A stretch of 37,387 nt of DNA from Chrysochromulina tobinii (taxonomy: Eukaryota): NCBI GenBank assembly GCA_001275005.1, contig JWZX01003368.1:1-37387 (forward strand). The letters run 5' to 3'. The position numbers and the translations under genes were made by a program. The notes below the pieces were generated by a model. That model was not told the DNA's origin. It did not search any database and saw only the letters and a program-made list of their open reading frames with translations. Shown one piece after another: positions 18,598-28,237 of this stretch; position 1 is the first letter of the stretch, and the number at the start of each line of letters is the position of its first letter.

Positions 18598-19842
18598 ATG
18601 GGACCCACGAGCAGCAGCGCCGACGCGTCGCAGGCGGGAATGTCGCGCCTAGGCGGACCAAAGGAGAGCGGTGCCGAGTCAGAGCGGCCTCCTACCAGCA
18701 GCGGCGCCGGCACATCGCGTGGCGGCGCAAAGAAGAAGGACGGGAAGAAGGATAAGGAGAAGCCCAAGGACGTGTCGTCGGCCGTGCTCTTCCAGCGCGC
18801 GCGTGAGCGGCTGCAGGAGGCGGCGATTTCCGATCAGAAAGCGCTGGAGGTCTACTCGAGCTTTGAGCGCGTGCTCGGCGCGGCGCTCAAGAAGAAGGGC
18901 ATGAAGATTCCCGAGCTGCTGCGGGACTGGGACAGCGAGGGCAAGGGTGAGATTAAGAAGATAGCGTTTCGCCAAAAGGTGCGCGGCAGCCTGGGCATCA
19001 AGGCGAACAATAGCGAGATAGACAACTTCTTCAACTCCATGGACGAGGACAAGGGCGGCTCGCTCGACCTTGCTGAGCTCAAGCCAGCTCTCAAGTTTCT
19101 GCTCGACTCAGCGTACGACGCGGAGGCGGAGGCGGAAGCGTTGAGGCGCAGAGCCGAGGAGTGCCGAGCGAAGGCGGCGCAGATCGAGGAGGCGGCGAAG
19201 GCGACGGAGGCGGCCGAGAAGGCTGAGGCCTCAGTCGTGGAGCTCAAGAGTGCCATAACGGGCCCGCCTGCCGTGCAGCTTGGAAAGATCATCACGAGCC
19301 GCAACCTCAAGGTTTCAGATATCATCATCAAGTGGGACCCGAGCAATGACGGCTCAGTGGACAAGAAGGAGTTCAGGGAGAATGTCAAGGAGTTGGGCGT
19401 CAAGGCCTCTGACGACGAGATCGACGCTCTCTTCGACTCCCTCGATGAAGACGGCGGCGGATCGCTCGGGGCGCCCGAGCTCAAACTGGCACTGGTGAAT
19501 CTTATGAATGACGCGAAAGCGGCGGTGCTGCAGGTGGCAGACATCGAAGCGAGCGCGCACGCGCTGCGCAAGGTCGCTTCCAAGCTGCAGCAGGTGCTGC
19601 ACACCGAGGAGAAAGCCAAGGTCAAGGCAGAGAAGGAGGCCAAGGAGGCTGCAGAGCGAGAGGCGGCGTCCAAGGCCGAGGAGGAGCGCGAGGTGGTGGA
19701 GGAGAAGAAGAAGGAACGCTTAGTGGCCGCGATGAAGAAGGCCGAGGAGAAGGCCGCCTTCGAAGCCAAGATCGTGGCGCGACGAAACAATAAGGAGGCG
19801 GCCGACTCGGGACTCGCACCCATGCAGGAGCTCGAGGCATGA
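18598..19842 (+). CDS. EF-hand calcium-binding protein (two EF-hand pairs separated and followed by coiled coils)
   Basis: WDSEGKGEIKKIAF, MDEDKGGSLDLAEL, WDPSNDGSVDKKEF, LDEDGGGSLGAPEL; start codon uncertain. Confidence 0.85.
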   Translation: MGPTSSSADASQAGMSRLGGPKESGAESERPPTSSGAGTSRGGAKKKDGKKDKEKPKDVSSAVLFQRARERLQEAAISDQKALEVYSSFERVLGAALKKKGMKIPELLRDWDSEGKGEIKKIAFRQKVRGSLGIKANNSEIDNFFNSMDEDKGGSLDLAELKPALKFLLDSAYDAEAEAEALRRRAEECRAKAAQIEEAAKATEAAEKAEASVVELKSAITGPPAVQLGKIITSRNLKVSDIIIKWDPSNDGSVDKKEFRENVKELGVKASDDEIDALFDSLDEDGGGSLGAPELKLALVNLMNDAKAAVLQVADIEASAHALRKVASKLQQVLHTEEKAKVKAEKEAKEAAEREAASKAEEEREVVEEKKKERLVAAMKKAEEKAAFEAKIVARRNNKEAADSGLAPMQELEA

Positions 19843-20380
19843 GGATGCTCTCATAGGTCAGAAGGTCGCACAGCGCAAGCCTCAAAAGCGCCAGGTCAGC
19901 AGGTCTACTTAGGAACTTACGCCTTTTCACTTTTGTGCACCGTGCACGGTAGGCGTTTTAGTCGTGGCACAGACCATAGTCCGAGAGATCCGGCACACGC
20001 GTCCCCGTAGACCCACCGTACTCCCGGTCACAGACTCACCGGTCGAACTCAGTGCGTCTGCGCGGACGGTGCGGTCGCTCGCTCGCTCCCGCGGCGCGGT
20101 CCGGACCGGACGGAAGACGTTACGTTAACTATTTAACTTAAAGATAACGCGTCGTGAAGTGGCTGTGCGGGTAGCACACGCGCGCGCCGCGGTCCGCGCC
20201 GCCGGCGCCGCGCGCGGTGCGGTGTGCCATGTTGCGCGCGGTGTCGTATGCCGTCGACTCACGCGACACAGCACTCAGCAGTCTCGGAGCGTCCTCCGTG
20301 AAACTGCTCAACCGACTACCCCGGTATTAAGTACGTCCGGTCGACCAGCTCTTCCGCATCCGATCGGAACCGCCAATGTA

Positions 20381-20612
20381 TCTCCCCTGATCACCTTACC
20401 TGTCTTCCGACGCCAACGATCCGACGCCCTTGCCAGGTCCAGTCTCCCCTGATTACCTTACCGGTCTTCCAACGCCGACGATCCGACGCCCTTGTCAGGT
20501 CCGATTCCCCTGAGTACCTTACATCCTCTGACGCCGACGATCCGACGCCATGCCAGGTCCAGTCAGCAGTCTCCCCTGATTACCTGTCCTCCGACGCCGA
20601 CGATCCGACATC
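20381..20612. repeat. Tandem array of four imperfect ~62-nt units
   Basis: Unit tctcccctgatyaccttacc..tcttccracgccracgatccgacgcccttgycaggtcc starts at 20381, 20443, 20505 and 20570 (partial). Confidence 0.9.
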
Positions 20613-20630
20613 ATTCATGCGCGTACGCTT

Positions 20631-20729
20631 TCCCTGATTGCATGCTGATGGGGCCCTCCCTCATCATGGCATGCCCATGGCCCTCCCTGATTGCATGCTG
20701 ATGGGGCCCTCCCTCATCATGGCATACAG
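20631..20729 (+). repeat. Orphan family-A-like element: two 42-nt copies (period 53) ending in ACAG
   Basis: tccctgattgcatgctgatggggccctccctcatcatggcat at 20631 and 20684, same vocabulary as the family A introns. Confidence 0.8.
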
Positions 20730-21481
20730 GCGATCGTGCCGATGTACCCCGGCGGGCGTCAACGTTCCGAGCCACAGCCCTGAGCCCAGAGACCACAGAA
20801 TCCTCGTCGTCGTCGTGATTCATGTCGAACGGGCTCAATCGCGAACGGGGTGTTTCGAAGGTAAGAGCGAAAGGTATCCGCGAAGGATTACAGCCATCTT
20901 GGCCTGCCGCGAGCTCGGGTGTGGTGGTGATGAACTCGGAATCGCCGGCGGGATGTGCAGGACCTCAACATTGGGCTCGTGGATCGCGAAGACCGTTTCC
21001 GGAGAGAGAACCTCTCCGACTATCTTGCTCTTCTTGTGATCCAGCCAGACCGTCTCATCGAACTCACTGCCAATCAAGGAGAGGCGCGCGCGCGATGCAA
21101 TCAATCGTCAATTCGACAAAAGGTGATTCTGCCCGCACGGGCAGCACGGTAGCACTGCACTCACCAAGAATTGCACTCGCGCCCGCAGTAAAGGCCGCAC
21201 CCGCACGAATTTACACGCATGGGCATCGCTGATTTGGCTAAGGGCTGAGCGAGCCGCCCTTGTGCTCGATGGGCTCGTCGCGGATCGACAGGAGCGCGCT
21301 TTCCGGAGACATTGAATGAAGGCGACTTCGTCGATTTCGTTCTTCGACACGAATGACGAAAAAGGTAATTTTCGGATTGCTGGACATTTATCTGGAAGAT
21401 TCGACAATCTTGAACTTTTGTTTAATTTCTTGTACATCCGGACCTATACACATCACACCACCTCGCACTACTCGACGTCCC

Positions 21482-22819
21482 TCACGTGATGGTGGGACAT
21501 CCCGCCAACAGATCGTCGCCCATGTGCATGTACGTTCGCGGGTACTGCCCAAGGGACACGTGCCATTGAGCCCCAATGAGCGGAAGACCCCTCGTGCACT
21601 GGCCGCTGGCACCTGGATGATCGCAAAGTACCATCACGGGAAACTGAGCCCACGGCTTGGATGTGCGGACTCGTCGGTAATTTGCGGCGATAAGCTCACC
21701 AAGAAGCATGGTGAAGGTGGATCCAAAGCTACCGAGTAGCACGTCCGCGCGGCTCAGCAGCGCCAGATCTTGCATCGCAACCTCGCCAGCGTCCTCTCCG
21801 TGCTCCAAGGGCACTCGATGACTGCGAGAGACGTTCTGATGTCCAGGGGGCCTGGGAATGGATACCACCTGGCATTCCGAGCCCTGGAGAGCATCCACAA
21901 AGGCTGATAGCGTGAGCCTCCTATCCGTCGCGAGAAGCACGATGCAAGCCTGCCCCGCATAAGCGTAACGACGTCTCGCCTCTCGCACAGCCTGCTTGTA
22001 CATATCAACCGCCTCAGTGCCTATGAAAGATTGGAGCCGGTGGCGAATGTGCGCCGCAATCAGGAGCGGTGGGCGACCGTGTGCAGCACTGCTCGCCGAT
22101 TGAAGCACTGCCTCAACGGGTTCTAGGACGCGCTTGGCATCAAACTCGAAGGAGAGTGTGAACAGTCGACCGAAGAGGTAGTGCGGTCCAAGAGCAAAAA
22201 GAGCAGCTGCGCGCGAATTTCCATGCTGGAATCTCACGCTGCACCCTGCCCCCAGTGCAGCCAGCTCCATGGAGTCGAAGCGCTCCGCACCTTTACTTGA
22301 AAGAACGATGAGATCGTTTTCCGTATCGCACCGCCGCAACTGGCGAGTGCCGACACAAGCTAAACGTTGCTCAAAGCTCGAGTTTGACACTTCTGCAAGG
22401 GCGTCTCCCAGGCGGCAAGTGGAGCGCTTGGCGCACCGATCAGTCGTTGAGTGCAACCTCACATTGTTCAACCACGACGAGCGCTTTATGTACGTATCAC
22501 ATGGCTCAACCTGGTACTTCCAAGACTGGGACCATGCGAATGGCACATTGCGAGTCGTTGCAAAGGCTAGCGCGTTCAGGTAGTGATGCATGAAATTTCC
22601 TATGCGTGCAGGGCACGCATAGTCACTCGACACGCACGGCTGCTTGTACCAAGCAGTATCACCCATCAATGTAGCTTGCACATACTCAGTCAGCAATTTG
22701 TCGATGCGTTCCATGTGCGCTGCGACGTCTTGCGCGGGCACTTGCTTGAGGTCGGACCATGCGTGCTGCTTTGACAGCAATACCGCAAAGTCAGTTGAAA
22801 GGTTAGGACCGTGAGCCAT
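21482..22819 (-). CDS. Fucosyltransferase-like glycosyltransferase (GT-B; FUT8/NodZ/GT37-like motifs)
   Basis: RIGNFMHHYLNALAFA, IAAHIRHR, IVLLATDRR and QDLALLSRADVLLGSFGSTF match the conserved alpha-2/6-fucosyltransferase motifs. First ATG at 22819. Confidence 0.7.
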   Translation of the reverse strand: MAHGPNLSTDFAVLLSKQHAWSDLKQVPAQDVAAHMERIDKLLTEYVQATLMGDTAWYKQPCVSSDYACPARIGNFMHHYLNALAFATTRNVPFAWSQSWKYQVEPCDTYIKRSSWLNNVRLHSTTDRCAKRSTCRLGDALAEVSNSSFEQRLACVGTRQLRRCDTENDLIVLSSKGAERFDSMELAALGAGCSVRFQHGNSRAAALFALGPHYLFGRLFTLSFEFDAKRVLEPVEAVLQSASSAAHGRPPLLIAAHIRHRLQSFIGTEAVDMYKQAVREARRRYAYAGQACIVLLATDRRLTLSAFVDALQGSECQVVSIPRPPGHQNVSRSHRVPLEHGEDAGEVAMQDLALLSRADVLLGSFGSTFTMLLGELIAANYRRVRTSKPWAQFPVMVLCDHPGASGQCTRGLPLIGAQWHVSLGQYPRTYMHMGDDLLAGCPTIT

Positions 22820-22957
22820 CCTTCGGGGAAGACACCGCCACTTGGTCCACTTGCCTCCACGCGGCGCGTGCGCCGCCTTTGCCACACTCCCTCACTAGCC
22901 TCTTCGCGGCGCGCGGCGCGGCGCGCGGCGCCTGAAAAGGGACTTGCGGACTTCATT

Positions 22958-22986
22958 TACCGGTAAAAAGACACCGGGGGAGCCGG
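22958..22986. repeat. Dispersed intergenic motif taccggtaaaaagacaccggggg..gccgg, copy 1
   Basis: 23 nt identical to 36611-36633. Confidence 0.8.
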
Positions 22987-23044
22987 GACACAGTTACCGG
23001 TATATGATTATATGAGATCATATTCCAGGACCCGATAGATACTT

Positions 23045-24082
23045 TTATCCGTCGAGAGCGTCAAGGAACTCCGCAGCACGCTGGTCCTTGGCAGTCCATT
23101 GCCGCGCCTTGTCGTCCCGCGTGAAGCGCGGGCCCTTCCGAGGCTTTCTGAAGGCCTCTACTACCTGCTTCGTCTTCCGTCGCTCCTCGGCCCTCGCGAG
23201 CCGCTCGATGGCCAAATCGAGCTCCAAAGAGGCCGCGAGTCGCAGGCAGGCTGTGGGCCGAATGGCGTCATAGAGGGCGGGGTCGTCAATCTTGCTGCGC
23301 TCCTCGTACAGGTAGAAGGCGGCCTCTTCGGAGCCGTCGAGCGGCGCCTGCTTCATCGCTTGAACCCACTGCTCAATGCCACGACGGACGTCCCGACGCA
23401 CGCCGATCCCGTGCACGAGAGCCCATCCCCAATTGAATTGGCCGAGTGCGGACGCCTGCGCGGCGGCGGCCTCGAAGCAACGCGCCGCCGCCCACGAGTC
23501 CTGCGTCATCCCGCACTGCCCCTCGTCGAGCATCACGCCGAGCTTGCAGAGGCCCACAGGGGAGCCGGCAGCGGCCGTCGCCTCGATGATGGCCCTGCCC
23601 ATGGCCTCGTCTTGCTCGACGCCGGAGCCACGCCGAATGCATCCGCCGAGGACGGCGAGAGCATCCAGGTTGCCTTGGGCAGCCGAGGCGGCGTGCCATT
23701 TCGCACTCGCGCGTAGGTCTGAACTGCACCCACCCACTCCCGAGAAGAGGAGAAGGCCAAGGGTCTGGGCAGCCAGAGGGTCGCCTGCTAACGCGAACGG
23801 CTCTATGCAAGCGAATCGGCCGGCGAAGGGGGTGTCAGCGCTGAAGATGTATTCGCCTTGCTTCGGCAGCGCCTCTGGTCGCTCCACGACGCTACTGCTG
23901 GTAGCTGTGTGTAACGCAGCAATCACCGCGCAAGCCACGGCAGCTGCTTCTTCTGGCTCCGGTCGGGAATTGACGCCGAACGCAGCGGCGCACGCGTCGC
24001 GCATACCCAGTGCAAGCGGCAACGGCGGACGCGCAGGCACGACGACCGTGGACACGGAGAGGAGCACAAAGGAACTGCACAT
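23045..24082 (-). CDS. SEL1-like repeat protein with signal/transit-like N-terminus
   Basis: GDPLAAQTLGLLLFSGVGG, AAQGNLDALAVLGGCIRRGSGVEQD, GQFNWGWALVHGIGVRRD are Sel1 repeats. Confidence 0.85.
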   Translation of the reverse strand: MCSSFVLLSVSTVVVPARPPLPLALGMRDACAAAFGVNSRPEPEEAAAVACAVIAALHTATSSSVVERPEALPKQGEYIFSADTPFAGRFACIEPFALAGDPLAAQTLGLLLFSGVGGCSSDLRASAKWHAASAAQGNLDALAVLGGCIRRGSGVEQDEAMGRAIIEATAAAGSPVGLCKLGVMLDEGQCGMTQDSWAAARCFEAAAAQASALGQFNWGWALVHGIGVRRDVRRGIEQWVQAMKQAPLDGSEEAAFYLYEERSKIDDPALYDAIRPTACLRLAASLELDLAIERLARAEERRKTKQVVEAFRKPRKGPRFTRDDKARQWTAKDQRAAEFLDALDG

Positions 24083-24379
24083 GCTCCTCGTGACGAGCAC
24101 TCGAGCAGGGCCTCTCCATGTGTGCTGTACTCCTTTGTGTGAATGTGAATGTGTGTCTGCAATTTCTTAGGTTCACACATCCGAAGAAAACCGGCACGCG
24201 GACCGACGCACGGACGCAGGCACACGCAATCGGCAGCAGCGGAGTACACCCGTCGGACGTGGCGAGGCCGAGGGTGTTCAATACTAGAAACGTTGTCGAA
24301 CTCTTTTATACTCTGAGACTTACCTCTGTATCGAACCAAAAAGCTTCGAGGTGATGGATCTGACGCGACCGCGGTTGTC

Positions 24380-25067
24380 TCATTCCATCGAAGAGTAGAC
24401 CCTGTGGAGCGGCGACGGGCACGGCACACACATCCACACATCGCCCACAGGGCGCGTGTGCCGTCAGCCGCGCTCGCTGCAAGGCACGGCATGCGCAGGG
24501 AGCACGAAAGTGAAGGCCTCGGGTTCGATGGCGGACGCGCGTGCACTCCCAAAACCACGAGATCGGTAGCTTGACCTCGCCGTCCAGGCGGCAGTATTCG
24601 GACGGGAAGACGATGACAGGCATCACCTGGTTGCCGTCCGCGTCGGGCTTGACCAGGAACTTCAACGCCTCGTGCACCTCCGCCAACTCGAGCACGCCAT
24701 TGTTGTTCTTGTCAAAGTGGCGGAAGAGAACCTCGCAATAGTAGCGTGAGAAGACCTTGGCCGTCAGCACCTTGACGCCGTCTTCCCTGTCGTCGGCATG
24801 CGCCAAAAACTGATACTCCATGGCCTGGAAGACGTGCGGCGCGAGCTCTTCCACGCCAAGCTCCTTCGCCATCCCAGCCTTGAGCTCCTCGAGAGTCAAG
24901 CCGCCCGAGCGGTTCAAATCCATCTGCTTAAAGGCATGGCGCACACGACCAGGCGGCCTCGTGCGGTCCGCCGGCTTGAGCAGCGTGCCAGGTTCTGCAG
25001 TCGGCGGCTTCTGCAGGCACTGTGCCAGTAGCCGGCACAACAATCCGACCAAGTCCCCAGGGACCAT
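24380..25067 (-). CDS. Small EF-hand protein; exons 25067..24547, 24401..24380
   Basis: FKQMDLNRSGGLTLEEL and FRHFDKNNNGVLELAEV. Predicted ordinary intron 24402..24546 (GTGCAC...CTGAC...CCACAG) gives the end ISWFWEVYSSME*. Confidence 0.75.
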
Positions 25068-25277
25068 CACTCCACCAGATCCCTCACAGAGGTTCCGCGC
25101 ACCGCAAGTAGGTGAGAGAGAGAGCAGGGGACACAAACAGCCACCAAATTGTGCTCCGCCAGGAGTCAATTGTTACTGTGAAATCAAGGTAAGTTGAGGA
25201 TAAGTTCGGCGATCGGTCTGCGCCCCCCCACGGTGTGTGTCCACGGGACCGGTGGGTGTGCGACTTGCCGCGACTTT

Positions 25278-25296
25278 GCAAAATACGTGAACGTGA
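25278..25296 (+). promoter_or_regulatory. Candidate promoter motif gcaaaatacgtgaacgtga, copy 1
   Basis: 19 nt identical to 30898-30916; both lie upstream of + strand ATGs. Function is inferred. Confidence 0.45.
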
Positions 25297-25343
25297 GTTC
25301 CGTCCGGCGCGAACTGTGATCGTGAAAGCCCTCTTTGGCTACA

Positions 25344-26552
25344 ATGCGCACACCGTCTCTGCACATCCGATTCGACGGGAGCTTTCGCGGCAGCTGCGGC
25401 GGCTGTGGCGCAGTGCTTTGGCTCGACAACGTACTGCTGTGGGAGGGCGCCCGGTTCTTGCCGCGGTGTCCCTCGTCGACCGCTGCAGAGTATGAGGGCC
25501 TGTTGCTCGGTCTTGCGGCGGCGGCACAGCATGCCCTTGAGCCCTCAGTGCGTGCAGCCTTGACCGTCGAGGGCGATTGTCGCGTCGTCCTCACGCAATT
25601 CGAGGGGCGTGCCACGCCGCGCAAGCTCTCAAAACTGCACGCGCGCGCGCATGAGCACGTCGCGCTGCTCGCGCCGAGGTCGCTCTCGACCTCACTTGTG
25701 CCACGCGAGCAGAACGCACACTGCGACGCGCTCTCGCGGGCAGCCATGGACGCGGCCGTCGATTTGAGAACGGGATCCATCCTCGGCACCGCCCGTGCCG
25801 GCCAGCGTCAGCAAGCGCTCGCGCTGCTTGAAGGCGCGGGGCGCGACGGCGTGCCATGCGACCCAACGCTCATCCTCGAGTTGCTCCTCGGCGCGCGCGC
25901 CGCCTCTGACTGGGGCGGCCTGCTCTCCGTGTACGCGGAGGCGGAGGCACAATCTGGGATCGGCACGGGCCGAGGCTCGAGCGGCGCTGGGCCGGGCGGG
26001 CGGGCGCTCGCGATCGAGGCGCTCGAGGCACTTGAGGTGCGTCGTGGCACGTCGGCGGGACGGCACCTAGTCGAGCTCCGGCGGCAGGCGAGAGACGAGG
26101 CGCAGCGGCGCCCGAGACGGTATGCTCTCGCAGAGGCGCGGCCGCAGACGCAGACGTCACTGCGCAGTGACGGCGAATCAGTCGAGAGAGTAGCGGCCGC
26201 TGCGGCGGCGTTGGACGCGGTCGGCGTTCACGGTCGGCGTTCACGGTCAGCGGCGATGGACACGGTCGGCGAGGAAGAGATAGCGGCGGCGGCGGCGGCG
26301 GCGGCTGACGAGGAGCGACTCCGCACACCCATCGACGACGGCCCCAAAGATGACCGAAAAGAGGAGCGCGCGTTGGCGGCAGCCTGCTGGCGTGAGGCGC
26401 TCGAGCGTGAGGTCGGCGGCCCCGAGGCGCTCCGAGGAGAGAGGAGCGAGCCCGAGGCGCTCGAGCGGCTCGTAGCGCTGGCCGAGCGGCTGCAGAGTGA
26501 GCACGGCTTTGGTCGCACTCCAGAGAACTGTCCTACCAACGACAGGCGGTAA
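25344..26552 (+). CDS. RNase HI-like domain protein followed by a PPR-like helical repeat
   Basis: IRFDGSFRG..GCGAVLW, AAEYEGLLLGL, LTVEGDCRVV, VPREQNAHCDALS give the D-E-D-D set of RNase H type 1. Confidence 0.85.
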   Translation: MRTPSLHIRFDGSFRGSCGGCGAVLWLDNVLLWEGARFLPRCPSSTAAEYEGLLLGLAAAAQHALEPSVRAALTVEGDCRVVLTQFEGRATPRKLSKLHARAHEHVALLAPRSLSTSLVPREQNAHCDALSRAAMDAAVDLRTGSILGTARAGQRQQALALLEGAGRDGVPCDPTLILELLLGARAASDWGGLLSVYAEAEAQSGIGTGRGSSGAGPGGRALAIEALEALEVRRGTSAGRHLVELRRQARDEAQRRPRRYALAEARPQTQTSLRSDGESVERVAAAAAALDAVGVHGRRSRSAAMDTVGEEEIAAAAAAAADEERLRTPIDDGPKDDRKEERALAAACWREALEREVGGPEALRGERSEPEALERLVALAERLQSEHGFGRTPENCPTNDRR

Positions 26553-26811
26553 GCTCAATTTTCGTCGTCATCACCGCAGGAAGAGAGATACCGACGTACC
26601 GTGCGTACGGCCTTCATCTTGTGTAGCTACCGAGCCCGGCGCGGGTGTTGGATACCGGCTTTTATGTGCACGAGGAGCTGTGCAAATCTTGTCAAAATCT
26701 TTATGTACGTATCTTTCCGTTCGTGTGGGTACTTTCCTCTGTCTCGCGTCGCCGCCTTGCTCCTCGCATGTCACACAGGACCGCCGTGACACGCGTCACA
26801 GGACACACTCA

Positions 26812-27949
26812 CTACCGTATGGTACACCTTGTCCCATACCGCGAGAGGCGCGGGGTCTCAGGTGGGCCTGAGGGACGCGACTCCATCTCCTCAACCGGGC
26901 GCAGAGGCGCAGGCTCGCCAAGCTGCACGAGCGCCCGGTCCCGGTTGGCGCGTGCGGCCTCGTACCACGCGTCGATACCCAGCGCCGTGTGGAAATCGAG
27001 AACCGCCTTGTCCGCCTCGCCCGTCGAGAGTCGCAGCGCGCCGCGGTTGTTGTGAGCACGCGCCGTAGTGATATCCGAGCCGCCAGAGGCCGTTGAGAGC
27101 TCGATGGCACGGTCAAAGGCCTGCTGAGCGGCGCGTTCGTGCCCCTGACACCACTCGACCAGCCCCAGGTTCGTCAACGCGCGCGCATGCCCAGGACGAC
27201 GCTCGAGGGCTTCGAGAAGCGACTCGCGCGCTGTAGTGAGCTGGTTACCCGGCTGGATGATGGACGTCATCAGGCTCTCGAGGAGCGCCGCCTCATAGTG
27301 AGCGACGCCGCGGTCATTGAGGAGTTCCACCAGCTCCTCCTCCGCGCACGCGCCTGCGCCCGCTGCCCCACCGGCACCATTGGCAGGATCGGCAGGGTCG
27401 GTGGCGGCCGTCACATCGTCGTCTCTGAGTGCCGCCCTGAGGAGCCGCAACGCCTCATCGAAGCACTCGAATAGAGCGCGCCAGCCGCTCGGCCTTCGCG
27501 TCTTCCTCGTCCGCTGTCGCCTTGGCCCACTCAAGCAGCGTACGCGCCGCCACCGCCTGCGCCGCCCACCATGTGGGCGCCGCGCCATCAAGCAGCTCCG
27601 CGCAACAAGACCACCCTTGCTCGAAACGGCCATGACGAAGCGCGGCGTCGGCGTCCTCCCGAAACCGATGCTGACTAGCGGTTGGAGACCCAGGTGACGA
27701 TGGCGGCGGCGATGGCGGCGGCGATGGCGGTGGCGATGGCGGCGGCGATGGCAGCGGCGAACACGGTGGTGGCGATGATGGCGGCAAGGGCGGCGGCGGC
27801 GGTGATGGAGGAGGTGGTGGCGGCAGCCCCAGAGCAGCCGATTGAACTACCCATGCCCCACATGCCGCATTTGATCCAAAGCCAAGGGCGCCCAGCCGGC
27901 GACGGGCACAGCAAGGACATCGAGGTGCCGTGTTCGAGATGCTTGCCAT
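26812..27949 (-). pseudogene. TPR-repeat protein with SPPP repeat, interrupted by a 1-nt frameshift at ~27470 (pseudogene or assembly error)
   Basis: TPR motifs HARALTNLGLVEW..AQQAFDRAIEL and AHNNRGALRL..AVLDFHTALGID. The upstream ORF 27455..28030 joins ORF 26812 if one T is removed (TCT ATC GAG TGC = SIECFDEAL). Confidence 0.65.
27696..27825. repeat. 12-nt repeat (gatggcggcggc)n encoding (SPPP)n on the minus strand
   Basis: Read directly. Confidence 0.85.
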
Positions 27950-28237
27950 CCATTCATTCCTTCTAAAGGTGCTCAGAACGACGGTTGGTTGCAGCTGAAA
28001 ACTTGGTCGTATAGGTTGGTTATTGCCCATACTCAGGGCTTTCTTTCCGGCATCCCCTATGTTTTTTAGAACGGTCTACTTCTGAGAAGCGTTAAAACTT
28101 TCTGGTTGGCCGAGAGCGAACAACCACATCGTGTGGCTCCCGCAAGGCCACACCTCAAAGGACACGCTGTTGGATCCGGACGTGAGTGCAAGCGCCACAA
28201 CCTCACGCTCAGAACTCTTACGGCGAACACCCTCGCT

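Noticed and set aside
20381..20612. Possible CRISPR array or spliced-leader gene array
   Set aside because: Units are contiguous without unique spacers, the context is eukaryotic, there are no cas genes, and no Sm-binding U-rich site is seen.
20730..21460. Short ORFs 20835..21104 and 21108..21437 (-), 20638..21039 (+)
   Set aside because: No recognisable motifs and frequent stops; left unannotated.
25344..26552. RNase H as part of a retrotransposon
   Set aside because: No RT, integrase, gag or LTRs in the flanks.
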